The notes under the pieces: generated by a model
Database searches by the model: none
What the model saw: only the letters and a program-made list of their open reading frames with translations
Told to the model about the DNA's origin: nothing
NCBI GenBank assembly: GCA_963777315.1
Contig: CAVZQC010000001.1
Location: 256,001 to 320,000, forward strand
Reading direction: 5' to 3'
DNA: 64,000 bases
Source of the DNA: Vulcanimicrobiota bacterium
GTDB taxonomy: Bacteria; Vulcanimicrobiota; Vulcanimicrobiia; Vulcanimicrobiales; Vulcanimicrobiaceae
Shown here: positions 18,301 to 28,786 of the stretch, one piece after another
Layout of the letters: each line of letters opens with the position of its first letter
Position numbering within the stretch: the stretch's first letter is position 1
Made by a program: the position numbers and the translations under genes

Positions 18301-19040
18301 GCTCGCGTCAGATCCAGGAATACTTCCTGCAGCCCTTTGCCTTTGCGATCGAGCAGTTCGCGCGTGGGCTCGAGCGCGACCAGCTTTCCGCTGCGAATGA
18401 TTCCCACGTTGCGGCACAGCGCTTCGGCCTCTTCCAGATAATGCGTGGTCAGAAAAATCGTCATGCCGCCCGCATTGAGCTCGCGCAGGAAGGCCCACAA
18501 TTCCAGCCGCAGCTCCACGTCGACGCCCGCAGTCGGTTCGTCCAGGATCAAAAGCTCGGGCGAGTGAACCAAAGCACGCGCGAGCGTGAGCCTCCGCTTC
18601 ATCCCGCCCGAAAGTTTCATATAGTCCTGCTTGGCCTTGGAAGAAAGACCGAAGCGCTCGAGCAGCATATCGGCCTGTTGAGCGACTTCGCGCGGCCGCA
18701 ATCCAAAATAGCCGGCTTGGTAGATCAAAATATCCCGAATCGACAGATACCGGTCGAAGTTGTATTCCTGGGGCGCCAAGCCGATGAGCCGGCGAGCCGA
18801 GCGCCACTGCGCAACGTTGTCGTATCCAAAAATGTTGATGCTTCCGGAGTTCATGCGCGCCAGTCCGACGATGGCGTTGATCGTCGTGGTCTTTCCCGCG
18901 CCGTTGGGGCCCAGAAAGGCGAAGAAGTCTCCGGCCTGCACGCGCAGCGAAACGTCGTCGACCGCGACGAACCGCTCGTAGCGCTTGACCAGATGCGAAA
19001 TCTCGATAGCGGGGGCGCCCGAAGCGGCGCCGTTGTCTAG
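18297..19040 (-). CDS. ABC transporter ATP-binding protein (YadG-like); start uncertain
   Basis: Walker A 'GPNGAGKTT', 'LSGGMKRR', 'LDEPTAGVD', 'TTHYLEEA'. Confidence 0.88.
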   Translation of the reverse strand, partial: LDNGAASGAPAIEISHLVKRYERFVAVDDVSLRVQAGDFFAFLGPNGAGKTTTINAIVGLARMNSGSINIFGYDNVAQWRSARRLIGLAPQEYNFDRYLSIRDILIYQAGYFGLRPREVAQQADMLLERFGLSSKAKQDYMKLSGGMKRRLTLARALVHSPELLILDEPTAGVDVELRLELWAFLRELNAGGMTIFLTTHYLEEAEALCRNVGIIRSGKLVALEPTRELLDRKGKGLQEVFLDLTRA

Positions 19041-19063
19041 GCGCCCGTCCGGACGACGGACTC

Positions 19064-19802
19064 CTAGGGAACTAGCGTTTTTAATCGTTTGTACCGATGG
19101 CGGCGAAGGGTGGAAATCAGACTCCGTACTTTCCGGAATCCCGCAATCTGCCAGCTGGGTTGCAACTTTCTTCACGTCGAAGGGAACGCGGCGGTGCTTG
19201 ACCTCCCACCCGCCCGCGCGCCGCGTGAACAGCGCATACCCCGCGCGCGGGTCGCCGTCCTTGGGCAAACCGGCCGAAGACACGTTCACCAGCAGTTTGC
19301 CGCGCCAGGTGCGCGCGTACGGAATGTGCAGATGCCCGAACGCAATGGTGCCGGCGCGTTCGGGCCCGATCAAACGCTCCAGCGTAGCGTCGTCCGCGTC
19401 GGGCCAAAGGTGATCGTCGTCGGTGGCCGGATTGGCATGCACGACGAGCAGCTCCTGATCTTCATCGCCAAAGCGCAGTGAGAACGGCAGCTCGCGAAGC
19501 CAGCCCACCCACTTCTCGCCGATCTGCTTGCGCTGCCACTCCAACTGCTTTCGATCGTTCTCGTCGGCGCCGCGCAAGTCGCCCGCATCGGCCGCGCTCA
19601 CGTAGCGATCGGTGTTTCCGCGCAAGCATTGGGCGCCGATATCTTGCAATCGCTGCAGCACTTTCTTAGGGCGAGGCCCGTCCATGCACAGGTCTCCCGC
19701 GCCGACGATCACGTCGGCGCCTCCTTGGTGCTGCAGATCGGTAAGGCAGGCGTCCAGCCCGACCAGGTTGCCGTGAATATCGGAAAGGATTGCTATGCGC
19801 AT
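19064..19802 (-). CDS. Metallophosphoesterase (YfcE-like); +1 indel at ~19121
   Basis: 'SDIHGN', 'GDL', 'RGNTD', 'FGHLH'; removing one base gives the C-terminus 'ELISTLRRHRYKRLKTLVP*'. Confidence 0.85.
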
Positions 19803-19808
19803 AGCCGT

Positions 19809-20654
19809 TTACACGCGTTTGATGTCGGCAACGAGCATCGACGGCGTAATTCCGACTCGCGCAAAATCGTACAAGTCGATCGCTTCGACGATCACTCCGC
19901 GTTTGCGCAGCATATCAACGACTTTGGGAAACCGCATGTCCGCAAGCACGTGATGTTCGCCCAAATTGAGAACGCCCGCGCCCAGTTCGTCGCCGGAATT
20001 CGCCGTATACACTTTGTACGATGCGAACGCTGCATGATCCACGTACTGCGGCCCGGCGAGCACGAACGCGTCCTTCGCCAGGACGCCCGCCACGGCGCGC
20101 AGCGAACCGGCTCGTTCTCCTAAGCGCACTTCCACGATTCCGTAGCCGTGCGCTCTGGCGATCTGCGCGAATCCGTTGCGACCGAGCGCGTTGCTGCGCG
20201 CGCTCGCGCCGATGAATGCCGTGTTGCCCGCCATGATGACGTCGCTGCCGTCCAGCAGTCCGGGCGGCGATACGTGGGCGGCGATAGGAATGTCGTGCTG
20301 CTCGAGCTGCGCCTCCAGCCAGGCAACTTGAGGACGGCGCGCCATCGAGCAGGGACGCATCATCACCACGCCATTCTCGAAAGCAATTGCGGCATCGGCG
20401 ACGGCGCACGCGTAAGGATCGCCGCCGTGAGGCTGCAGCACGGTCGTATCGCAACCGAAGTACTCGAGCGTCTTGACCAGGATGCGCTGAGCAGACGCAG
20501 CTCGAGCATGCACCGCGCTGGGCTCACCGGCCAGCGGGCGGGCTTCCTCGATAGCAGCGCTCACGGCCACCAGCATGGCGGCACGCAGCGCGCCGGTCGG
20601 GTTTGCAACCAGACGCGGTCCATAGGAAACGTTGGAAGTATGCATTCCCGTCAT
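19809..20654 (-). CDS. DDAH/amidinotransferase-fold protein lacking canonical catalytic residues
   Basis: Colinear with DDAH ('PGLLDGSDV', 'IGASARSNALG'); catalytic His and Cys positions are substituted. Confidence 0.75.
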   Translation of the reverse strand: MTGMHTSNVSYGPRLVANPTGALRAAMLVAVSAAIEEARPLAGEPSAVHARAASAQRILVKTLEYFGCDTTVLQPHGGDPYACAVADAAIAFENGVVMMRPCSMARRPQVAWLEAQLEQHDIPIAAHVSPPGLLDGSDVIMAGNTAFIGASARSNALGRNGFAQIARAHGYGIVEVRLGERAGSLRAVAGVLAKDAFVLAGPQYVDHAAFASYKVYTANSGDELGAGVLNLGEHHVLADMRFPKVVDMLRKRGVIVEAIDLYDFARVGITPSMLVADIKRV

Positions 20655-23452
20655 TGATTCGCGTGAAGGGCCCGCAGTGCCGCCCGATAGAGCGCCTGCT
20701 GGCGGCCGGCATAGATCGCGGGAGGCATCGTGCCGCGCGCAGCGGCCAGCGCGTCGGCTCGACGCGATAGATCGACGATTGGCGCGGACCGTTCGACATC
20801 CGCGTCCGGGCCGCTCTGGTCGGTTTGGTCCAAGAGCGCGGCAATGCGCCGGCCCGGCGCGCTTGCAGTCTGGGGAGCAACCGGCAACGCGGAATAGGGC
20901 GCGCTATCGGGCGGACGCGCCGTAAAAAAACTCGCCATGTCGGTGGCCAGCAGATCGCCCAGCGAGAGCGGCGGCAGGCCCAAAATCTCTTCTTCCGTTT
21001 TCAAAATGCTGACCGTCGATAGGTGCGAGTCGCCGGTGAAACGCCGTTTGGCGTATGGCGAGACCACCACGGCGTACGTACGGTGTTCGCTGACGTGATC
21101 GCGCGAACTCTGCGCGTCGTCGGGGGTGATGAAGATTGCCGTCGACGGCCAAGTCGGCTGATGCGAGAGAAAATCCACGATCAGGCCCAAAGCGCGATCG
21201 CCGTCGGCAACTTCTTCGGGAAGCGGCGGAATATCGGGACCGAAACCGCCGTGATCGTTGGGCAGCCAAATATAGGTGAAATCCGGCACGGCGCCGCGCT
21301 GCTCTAATCCGGTGTAGTCGCGGATGAACTCGCGCGCGCGCCGGACGTCGCGGATGCGAAGATTCCATCCCGGGTAATCGGCGTCGATGTGTCCGCCCAA
21401 TGCCGCCAAAGCCGGAACGTCCAGCGAATACAGCCCGCCCAAACCGCTGGTCGGCGCGCTTTCATCGTTCACGCCTAGAAACTTCGGATCGTCGTCTTTG
21501 GGATCGACGGCCCGTCCCTCGTCGTATCCCGACAACCGGATCAAATCGCCGTAATCGCGGTACGTGCGGCCGGCTCTCGCGGCGTTGTTGAAGATGTAGC
21601 CGGCGCGCGGATAGTCTTCAGGATCCTCGTTCTTGTTGACCATCGGCGCGCGTCCGCTTTTGACCAGCAGCGTTTTTTCCGAATACGCGGTCGTGATGCC
21701 GGCCGCTGCGAATTGGTGACCCGCGTCGGACTCCTCCGAATCCGCGTAGAGATTGGTGGCCAGCGCATACTCGCGTGCGAGCGCGTGCAGATTCGGGGTA
21801 ATGGTTTGGCCAAAGGAAACGAGTGCGGGATCCCCCTTGCCGTACGGCCGTCCTTGCGCGTCGGTCAGATCGCCCAGCATGGCGTCGTACGTTTTATTCT
21901 CTTCTAAAATGAACACGACGTGTTTGATGACGCTGCTGCGTTGGAGGGATCGCAGTGGCGGCACCACCGGATCGGCGTGCGGACGCTGCGCGACGCGCAA
22001 ATACCGCAGCGCCGAGAAGGTCGTCTTCTCCAGCGGCAGCTTGTGCAGATCGATCCGCTGCAAGGTCGACCACATCACGTTGCTGTCCTGTTCGGCTTGG
22101 TACACGTGACCGCCGGGACTGCTGCGGTACGGCGGTCCTCCTTCAAAGCGAGGTTCCTGCCCGATGCCTTTGGCGTTTGCCACGTACAGATAGCGTCCCG
22201 TCGGCGAAACGGCGAGGGCGGTGGGATACCATCCTGTTGGAATCAGCCCCAAGCGGTGCAGTTTTCCGGGGTTGCGCGCGTCGACCACCGCGATGGCGTT
22301 CATGCCTGCCAACGCGACGTAGAGCCGTTTGCCGTTGGGGCTCAGGGCGATGGCATCGGGCTGCGTTCCGTACGGCGAGCGGTCGAACAAGCGCAATTGC
22401 AATCCGCTGACCACGCGCGGTATGCCCGATAAGCTCACTACGGCAACGCGGTCGACGTTGGCCATGCAGACGTAGGCATAACGCCCGTCCTTCGAAATCG
22501 CGATCGCATTGGGGTGCGCGCCGCCGACGTTGTCCATGCCGTCCGGCGCCTGATCCATCGCGGTCGACACGAGAGCTTGCCGAACGTCGCCCTGCGCGGT
22601 AAGCGCGACGGTCGTCATCGCCGAGCCTTGCGTGGGTGCAAACGGAACGTTGGCAAAGACGGGATAGCGAACTTGTTTAGGCAGATTGCCGTACAGCATC
22701 AACCCGGGATCGGTGACGTACAGACGACGGCCGCCGACCGCGGCTGCGTACGGAAAAAACCCCACGGGCACCGTATGCATGACTTGCCGCGCGGCCACGT
22801 CAACCGCAGTCACGCTGTTGCCCAAATTGTTCACGACGTACGCGATACGGCGATTCGGCGAAAGCGTAATCCAACCCGGAAAGGCGTGGTGCGCATTGGC
22901 GTACCGCGGATCTGCGGCCCGAGGAATGGCCAGCGTCGACTCTTCGTGCAGCTTTCCCGCACCGTCCAAGCGCCAAAAGCGCAAACTGTCGGCACCGCCG
23001 GTGGACGCGATCACGAGCGTTTGCTCCGGGCTAGCAGGATCGCGCATGGCAGCGACCCCCAAGAACAGCGACAGGTCGCCGCTCTTGAACACGTCCGTCA
23101 CCGCCATGGTAGCGGTATCGACGACAGCCATCGAATAACCGCCGCGCACCGCCGGAGCGATCGTGCTGCGTGCCGATGATTCGCGTTCGTCGTCGTTGCT
23201 CACGACGGCGTACTTGCCGCCTGGCGCGAGCGCTAACCCGAGCGCATTCATCCCGACGATAGTGCTCTTTCCGACGGGCGCGAGGATGCGGCCGTTGGGT
23301 AGCACGACGTTATACGGAATCGCGGGGTTGGGTGCACCGGCGATGCGCAAACCAGCCGGCGCTGTATATACCGTCGGCAGCGGGCCCGCTCCGAGCAGCG
23401 CCAGCGCGGTAACGACCGCACAGAAAGCTCGCAAATTCACAAAGGCAGCCAT
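20651..23452 (-). CDS. Secreted YncE/YVTN beta-propeller plus phosphoesterase (alkaline-phosphatase-like) protein
   Basis: Signal peptide; propeller repeats ('IPTGWYPTALAVSP'); 'IKHVVFILEENKTYD', 'TPNLHALA', 'WLPNDH', 'DHVSEHR'. Confidence 0.85.
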   Translation of the reverse strand: MAAFVNLRAFCAVVTALALLGAGPLPTVYTAPAGLRIAGAPNPAIPYNVVLPNGRILAPVGKSTIVGMNALGLALAPGGKYAVVSNDDERESSARSTIAPAVRGGYSMAVVDTATMAVTDVFKSGDLSLFLGVAAMRDPASPEQTLVIASTGGADSLRFWRLDGAGKLHEESTLAIPRAADPRYANAHHAFPGWITLSPNRRIAYVVNNLGNSVTAVDVAARQVMHTVPVGFFPYAAAVGGRRLYVTDPGLMLYGNLPKQVRYPVFANVPFAPTQGSAMTTVALTAQGDVRQALVSTAMDQAPDGMDNVGGAHPNAIAISKDGRYAYVCMANVDRVAVVSLSGIPRVVSGLQLRLFDRSPYGTQPDAIALSPNGKRLYVALAGMNAIAVVDARNPGKLHRLGLIPTGWYPTALAVSPTGRYLYVANAKGIGQEPRFEGGPPYRSSPGGHVYQAEQDSNVMWSTLQRIDLHKLPLEKTTFSALRYLRVAQRPHADPVVPPLRSLQRSSVIKHVVFILEENKTYDAMLGDLTDAQGRPYGKGDPALVSFGQTITPNLHALAREYALATNLYADSEESDAGHQFAAAGITTAYSEKTLLVKSGRAPMVNKNEDPEDYPRAGYIFNNAARAGRTYRDYGDLIRLSGYDEGRAVDPKDDDPKFLGVNDESAPTSGLGGLYSLDVPALAALGGHIDADYPGWNLRIRDVRRAREFIRDYTGLEQRGAVPDFTYIWLPNDHGGFGPDIPPLPEEVADGDRALGLIVDFLSHQPTWPSTAIFITPDDAQSSRDHVSEHRTYAVVVSPYAKRRFTGDSHLSTVSILKTEEEILGLPPLSLGDLLATDMASFFTARPPDSAPYSALPVAPQTASAPGRRIAALLDQTDQSGPDADVERSAPIVDLSRRADALAAARGTMPPAIYAGRQQALYRAALRALHANQ

Positions 23453-23513
23453 ACGGACGGCGCACGAGGCTCCCCTGCTGCGCCTAGGGGCGAACGACTT
23501 CCTCTTCTTTGGC

Positions 23514-23870
23514 TTATAGCGATTCTAGGATTTCAATCCAGCGATTCCACAGCGCGACGTCGCCTTTTTCCGGATCGTCCGCAGTCTGTTTGGCCGACTC
23601 GATCATGGCGGCGGTTTGGGCTTTCCCGCGCGCGTCCACGTTCTTCTCCATGAATTCCGCCGCAGCCGCCAGTGCGTCTTGGGGCTCGAGCGGATCGGCG
23701 GTAACCGTGTCCAAGAAGCGCTGGTACAGCGCCGGCAGCCGCGAATGATCGCCGTCCATTTGCATGTTGCGCGCCAGCTCTTCCATCGCCGGATCCGCGA
23801 GCCGCGATGCATCCTGCAAGAGCAGCTTCCGGATCGCTTCGTACGTCTGCTGCTTGGAAACGAACTCCAT
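23514..23870 (-). CDS. Hypothetical protein
   Basis: 118-aa helical-looking ORF with host-like codon usage, between co-oriented genes. Confidence 0.6.
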   Translation of the reverse strand: MEFVSKQQTYEAIRKLLLQDASRLADPAMEELARNMQMDGDHSRLPALYQRFLDTVTADPLEPQDALAAAAEFMEKNVDARGKAQTAAMIESAKQTADDPEKGDVALWNRWIEILESL

Positions 23871-23890
23871 CGTGCGCCCGTATACCCGGT

Positions 23891-24583
23891 TTACTTCGTG
23901 TCCAGCCGGTAGCCGATGCCGCGCACGCTGGCAATCTCCACCGGCGCACCCACTTCGGAAAGCTTCTTGCGAAGCGCTGCGATGTGCACGTCGACCACCC
24001 GGGTAGGCACTCCCGACGTGTCGTTCCACACGTGCTCGAGGATCTGTGCGCGCGTGAGCAGCCGGCCTTCGGCTTCGGCCAAAAACCACAGCAGCCGAAA
24101 TTCCAGCGCAGTCAGCGTCACGTTCTTGCCGTCGTTGTTGAGCGTATGGAAATCACGCACGAGCTTCGCCGTGCCTACTTGCAGGACGCCGGCGTCTTCT
24201 TTCTTTTGAAGATACTTCTCGCGCCGGCGCAAAAACGACGCAACGCGCGCTACGAGCTCGTTCCCGGAGAACGGCTTGGTGATGTAGTCGTCCGCGCCCA
24301 AACCCAGACCCAGCAGTACGTCTTGCTCGCGTGAATGTCCGCTGACCATCAGCACGAAGGCGTTGTTGGAGTTGGACAGCGAGGTGCACACGTCCAGGCC
24401 CGAGATGTCCGGCAAGCCGATGTCGAGTATAACGATGTCGGGTTTGTACGTATCGGCCAGTTCCAGACCTTCGGCGCCCGTGCCGGTGACGCGAACTTCG
24501 TAGTCGGCTCGTTCGAGCACGCTCTGCTCGAGCTTTGCGATGTCTTCGTCGTCCTCGATAACGAGGATCTTGGACTGCGGCAT
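23891..24583 (-). CDS. OmpR-family response regulator
   Basis: 'ILVIEDD', 'LDIGLP', 'GADDYITKPF', 'VDVHIAALRKK', 'VRGIGYR'. Confidence 0.93.
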   Translation of the reverse strand: MPQSKILVIEDDEDIAKLEQSVLERADYEVRVTGTGAEGLELADTYKPDIVILDIGLPDISGLDVCTSLSNSNNAFVLMVSGHSREQDVLLGLGLGADDYITKPFSGNELVARVASFLRRREKYLQKKEDAGVLQVGTAKLVRDFHTLNNDGKNVTLTALEFRLLWFLAEAEGRLLTRAQILEHVWNDTSGVPTRVVDVHIAALRKKLSEVGAPVEIASVRGIGYRLDTK

Positions 24584-24592
24584 ATACCCCCT

Positions 24593-26035
24593 TTATGTAC
24601 TCGCGGTTATATCTTCCCCTTCCGAGAGGACGAATTGACGCCGGGCGACTCCCTCATCGACCGCCGCGGACGCGACCGCCTTTGCAACAGCCTCGACCAC
24701 CCGCACGTCAAAAACGCTCGGTATGATGTATTCCGGGCTGCGTTCCTGGTCCGCGACGATGGACGCGATGGCATGAGCCGCTGCAAGCTTCATCTTCTGC
24801 GTGATTCGCCCCGCCCGGGAGTCCAGCGCTCCGCGGAAGATGCCGGGAAACGCAAGTAAGTTATTGACTTGATTGGGAAAGTCGGAGCGCCCCGTTGCGA
24901 TGACCGCGACGTGCGGCGCCGCGATGTCGGGCATGATCTCCGGAGTGGGGTTGGCCATGGCAAAGACGATCGGATCGCGCGCCATGTTGCGCAAGTCCTC
25001 GGACTGCAAGATGCCCGGCGCCGAAACGCCGATGAACACGTCGGCGCCTTTGAGGACCTCCGCCAGGGTGCCGCGCCGGTTCTCGCGGTTGGTGTGTTCG
25101 GCCAGCCACCGCCAATGCGAATTCTCGTAGCGGTCCGTGCGGTTGAGCGCTCCGGCGCGGTCGACCGGAACGACGTCGCGTACTCCCGCCTCGAGCAGCA
25201 TCTTGATCGTAGCGGTTCCCGCGGCACCGCTGCCGGCCACGACGATTTGCAGATTCTCCAACGGCTTTTCGACTACTTTGGCCGCATTGATGAGCGCCGC
25301 TAGAATCACGACCGCCGTGCCGTGCTGATCGTCGTGCATAACCGGGATGTCGAGCGTTTCGACCAGCCTTCGCTCCACTTCAAAACAGCGCGGCGCCGAG
25401 ATGTCCTCCAAATTGATTCCGCCGAAAACCGGCGCGATGCGCTGCACGGTTTCGACGATCTCGTCGATGTCTTTCGTGTCCAGGCAAATCGGAAACGCAT
25501 CAATGCCGGCGAACTGTTTGAACAGCATCGCTTTGCCCTCCATGACGGGCAGCGCGCCGAGCGGTCCGATATCGCCCAGCCCTAACACCGCGGTGCCGTC
25601 CGTGACCACCGCGACGCTGTTGCGCTTGATGGTCAGATTGAACGCTTTGGAGGGATCGGCCGCAATGGCCATCGACACGCGCGCAACGCCGGGCGTGTAA
25701 ACGGTGGAAAGATCCTGACGTGTTTTGACCGGAATTTTCGGCTCGATCCGAATCTTGCCGCCCAAATGCGCGAGAAACGTGCTGTCCGAAGCGCTCACGA
25801 CGGTGACGCCGTCGAGCTGTTCGACCGCAACCCGCACGCCTTTTCCGACCAAGTCCGAACTGACGTTCACGGTGACGTCGCGAACGATTTGCGTCTTGTT
25901 GATGGAGCGCATGTCCACTGCCGCGATGACGCCGCCCGCGTCGCCTATCGCGGCAGCGAGCTGATTGAAGGCGCCTGGGCTGTTGGGCATTTCCACCCGC
26001 ATGATGAGCGTGAAACCGATCGCTATCTGTGGCAT
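24593..26035 (-). CDS. NAD(P)-dependent malic enzyme with N-terminal ACT domain
   Basis: 'YTPGVA', 'PVMEGKA', 'INLEDI', 'HDDQHGTA', 'TGRSDFPNQVNN'. Confidence 0.92.
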   Translation of the reverse strand: MPQIAIGFTLIMRVEMPNSPGAFNQLAAAIGDAGGVIAAVDMRSINKTQIVRDVTVNVSSDLVGKGVRVAVEQLDGVTVVSASDSTFLAHLGGKIRIEPKIPVKTRQDLSTVYTPGVARVSMAIAADPSKAFNLTIKRNSVAVVTDGTAVLGLGDIGPLGALPVMEGKAMLFKQFAGIDAFPICLDTKDIDEIVETVQRIAPVFGGINLEDISAPRCFEVERRLVETLDIPVMHDDQHGTAVVILAALINAAKVVEKPLENLQIVVAGSGAAGTATIKMLLEAGVRDVVPVDRAGALNRTDRYENSHWRWLAEHTNRENRRGTLAEVLKGADVFIGVSAPGILQSEDLRNMARDPIVFAMANPTPEIMPDIAAPHVAVIATGRSDFPNQVNNLLAFPGIFRGALDSRAGRITQKMKLAAAHAIASIVADQERSPEYIIPSVFDVRVVEAVAKAVASAAVDEGVARRQFVLSEGEDITAST

Positions 26036-26038
26036 CGA

Positions 26039-27397
26039 CTAATCCCCACTGACGGTCATTTCGCTCACGCGAAACGACGGCGAAACGATCGAACCGTCGA
26101 AGCGTAAGTCGTTTGCGACTTCGTCGATGCCCTCGAGCATCTGCGGAAACGTCGTCGCAATGGTGAATTCTTCAATCGGGTACGCCAGGCGGCCGTTTTC
26201 GACGTAGTATCCGCGCGCTCCGCGGCTGTACGTGCCGCTGGCGTGCTCCGTCGCAAAACCGATCGTGTCGATGACGAGCACGCCGCGCTCCGTACGCGCC
26301 ACGAGGTCTTCGAACGTACACGAGCCCGGTGCTAAATGGAAGTTGTTCGGGCCCACGCCGCCCCCGGTAGAGTTGCCCGTGGAAGCGGAGCCGAGCTTGC
26401 GCGCGTAATACGTATCGTAGAGGAACGTTCGCAGCGTGCCCTTTTCGAAAACGATCGTGCGCTGCGTGGGCACGCCTTCACCGTCGAACGGAGCGCTGCC
26501 CAGTTTTCCCGGCATCGTGCCGTCGTCGACCACGGTGACCAGGTCGTTGCCGATGCGCCGGCCGATGCTCTCGGCAAGCCACGAATTGCCAATCGCGACG
26601 TTGGAGGCATTGACGGCAGCGAATAAATCCGACAGCACGCCGGCCGCGACGTCGCGTTCGAATATTACCGGCACGCGCATCGTCGGCGGCTTTCGTGCGC
26701 CGAACAGCCCAACGGTGCGGTCTACGGCTTTGCACGCGATCGACTCGAGGTCTTCCATATCGTTCAGTCGCCGCGCGGCGCTTGCATACGATCCCGTGCG
26801 TTTGGCCGTACCGTCAAGCGCCACGGGACTGCTCGAGCGATGCGCGCGCGTCGAACGATACTCGCCGGCAAACCCGTTGGAGTTGACCAGTACCGTGGTG
26901 TTTACCGTATCGCTCACGTGCGATCCGTTGCTGTTGGTGATGCGCGAATCGAGCTCGCGAACGCGCCGTTCCAGCGCGAGCGCCTCATCGATCTTCGAGC
27001 CGGCCTCGCGATTTGCCAACTCGTCGGAATAGAGCTGCAGGTCGAAACCGTCCGCAACGCCGGCAGACTCCGGCAGCAGCGCAAACGGATCGCGGCCCAC
27101 GTGGCGAGCTGCCGCGATTGCGGTCGCGACGGCGGCGCGTAGGTTTTCGCGGTCGAAATCGGAGGTCGAAAGCGAGGCTTTGCGGCCATCGACGAAAACG
27201 CGCAGATGCAGCGAACGCCCAGTCGACTGTTCGAGTTTGGTGATCGTGCGGTCGCGCGCCTCGGCTGAAAAACGTTCGCTCACGCAAATGCCGGCCTCTG
27301 CCTGCCAAGCGCCTTCGCGCATCGCGCGATCCAACGCCGCCTGCGCGTGTTCCAACGCATCGGCGTGCGTGTGTTCGAGCCCGGCGCTATGCGACAT
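26039..27397 (-). CDS. pmbA: PmbA/TldE protein
   Basis: 'PFDGEG', 'SGTYSRGARG', C-terminal 'SPSFRVSEMTVSG'; downstream of tldD. Confidence 0.88.
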   Translation of the reverse strand: MSHSAGLEHTHADALEHAQAALDRAMREGAWQAEAGICVSERFSAEARDRTITKLEQSTGRSLHLRVFVDGRKASLSTSDFDRENLRAAVATAIAAARHVGRDPFALLPESAGVADGFDLQLYSDELANREAGSKIDEALALERRVRELDSRITNSNGSHVSDTVNTTVLVNSNGFAGEYRSTRAHRSSSPVALDGTAKRTGSYASAARRLNDMEDLESIACKAVDRTVGLFGARKPPTMRVPVIFERDVAAGVLSDLFAAVNASNVAIGNSWLAESIGRRIGNDLVTVVDDGTMPGKLGSAPFDGEGVPTQRTIVFEKGTLRTFLYDTYYARKLGSASTGNSTGGGVGPNNFHLAPGSCTFEDLVARTERGVLVIDTIGFATEHASGTYSRGARGYYVENGRLAYPIEEFTIATTFPQMLEGIDEVANDLRFDGSIVSPSFRVSEMTVSGD

Positions 27398-28782
27398 TGG
27401 AGCCGCCCACGGTTATCGAGGATATTTTTATCGTGGGCATTCCCACGCCCACCGGTACGTATTGGCCGCCTTTACCGCACGTGTAGTGGCGGTTGGCCAG
27501 GCGGCCGTCGTTGCCCACCGCCGTCACTTTGGTCATGACGTCGGGACCGTTGCCGACAATGGTGGCGTTCTTTACGGGAGCCGTCACGCGGCCGCCTTCA
27601 ATCAGGTAGCCTTCGGCGACCATGAAGACGAAATCGCCGCGGCTGATCTCCACTTGTCCGCCTGCAAACGACTTGGCATAGATGCCGCGCTTGGTCGACG
27701 CGATGATGTCTTCCACGCTCGATTCACCGCTGGGCATGTAGGTGTTGCACATGCGCGGTTGCGGCATGGATCGAAACGACTGACGGCGTCCGCTCCCGGT
27801 CGATGCCGTGCGCATCAGTTTGCCGTTGAGGTAATCCTGCATGTAGCCGCGCAGTATGCCGTTTTCGATCAGCACCTTGTGCGCGCCGGGATTGCCTTCG
27901 TCGTCGATCGAGATGCTGCCCCGCTCCTCGGGCAAATTACCGTCGTCGTAAATGGTCACCAATTCGCCGGCCACTCGTTCTCCGACGCGCCCGCTATACA
28001 GCGAAACCCCCTGCCGGTTGAAGTCGCTTTCCAGCCCGTGTCCTACGGCTTCGTGCAGCAGCACGCCGCCCCCGCCGCAACCGACCACCATTTCCATCTC
28101 GCCCGCAGGCGCTGCTACGGCTTCCAGGTTCGTTATCGAGATGCGCGCGGCTTCAAGGGCAATCGATTCGGCGCTGCGGCGTTCGTAGAATGCGATCGAC
28201 GTGCGGCCGCCGTCGCCGACGAAACCGTGTCCGCGGTCTCCGTTTTTGGTCGTGACGACCTGTACTCCCAGCGACACCAGCGGACGCCGGTCGTGCAGCC
28301 AGCGGCCGTCGCTGGTGCCTATCCAGACTTCCTGCAGTTCATCGGCGACGTTGGCATTGACTGCGGCCACGCGCGGATCGAACCGGCGCGCCGCCGCATC
28401 GGCGCGTTCGAGCAGCTGTACGTACGATTCGCCGGCTGCGTGCGCGGACCGGAGCGTATCGTAAAACGGTGCCGATGCTATCGGCTGGATTCGACCGCCG
28501 GCCGGCGCTGCGCGGGAGTCGCGAGCTGATGAGAGAGGCCATTCGTGCGGCGCGCTGCAGCGCTTCAAACGACAAGTCGTCCGAATACGCATAGCCCGCG
28601 GATTCTCCGACGATAGTCCGAATGCCGACGCCTTGCGTGACCGTTAAGCCGCTTTCGTGGATATGGCCGGACTGCAGACGGAAGGACGTGGCCACACGGC
28701 GCTCGCAGAAAACGTCGGCGTAGTCGCCGCCGCGCTCCAACGCCAGCGTGAGCAAACGCTCTGCGACCTCTCGATCTATCAC
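27387..28782 (-). CDS. tldD: TldD metalloprotease; frameshift at ~28525
   Basis: 'HEAVGHGLE', 'DDEG', 'PRMCNTY', 'CGKGGQYVPVGVG'; N-terminus 'ALERGGDYADVF' in another frame. Confidence 0.88.
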
Positions 28783-28786
28783 GGCG

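Noticed and set aside
18297..19802. Apparent metallophosphoesterase-ABC ATPase fusion (501-aa ORF)
   Set aside because: Removing one base at ~19121 gives the phosphoesterase its own C-terminus and a stop at 19064; the fusion is most likely an indel artefact.
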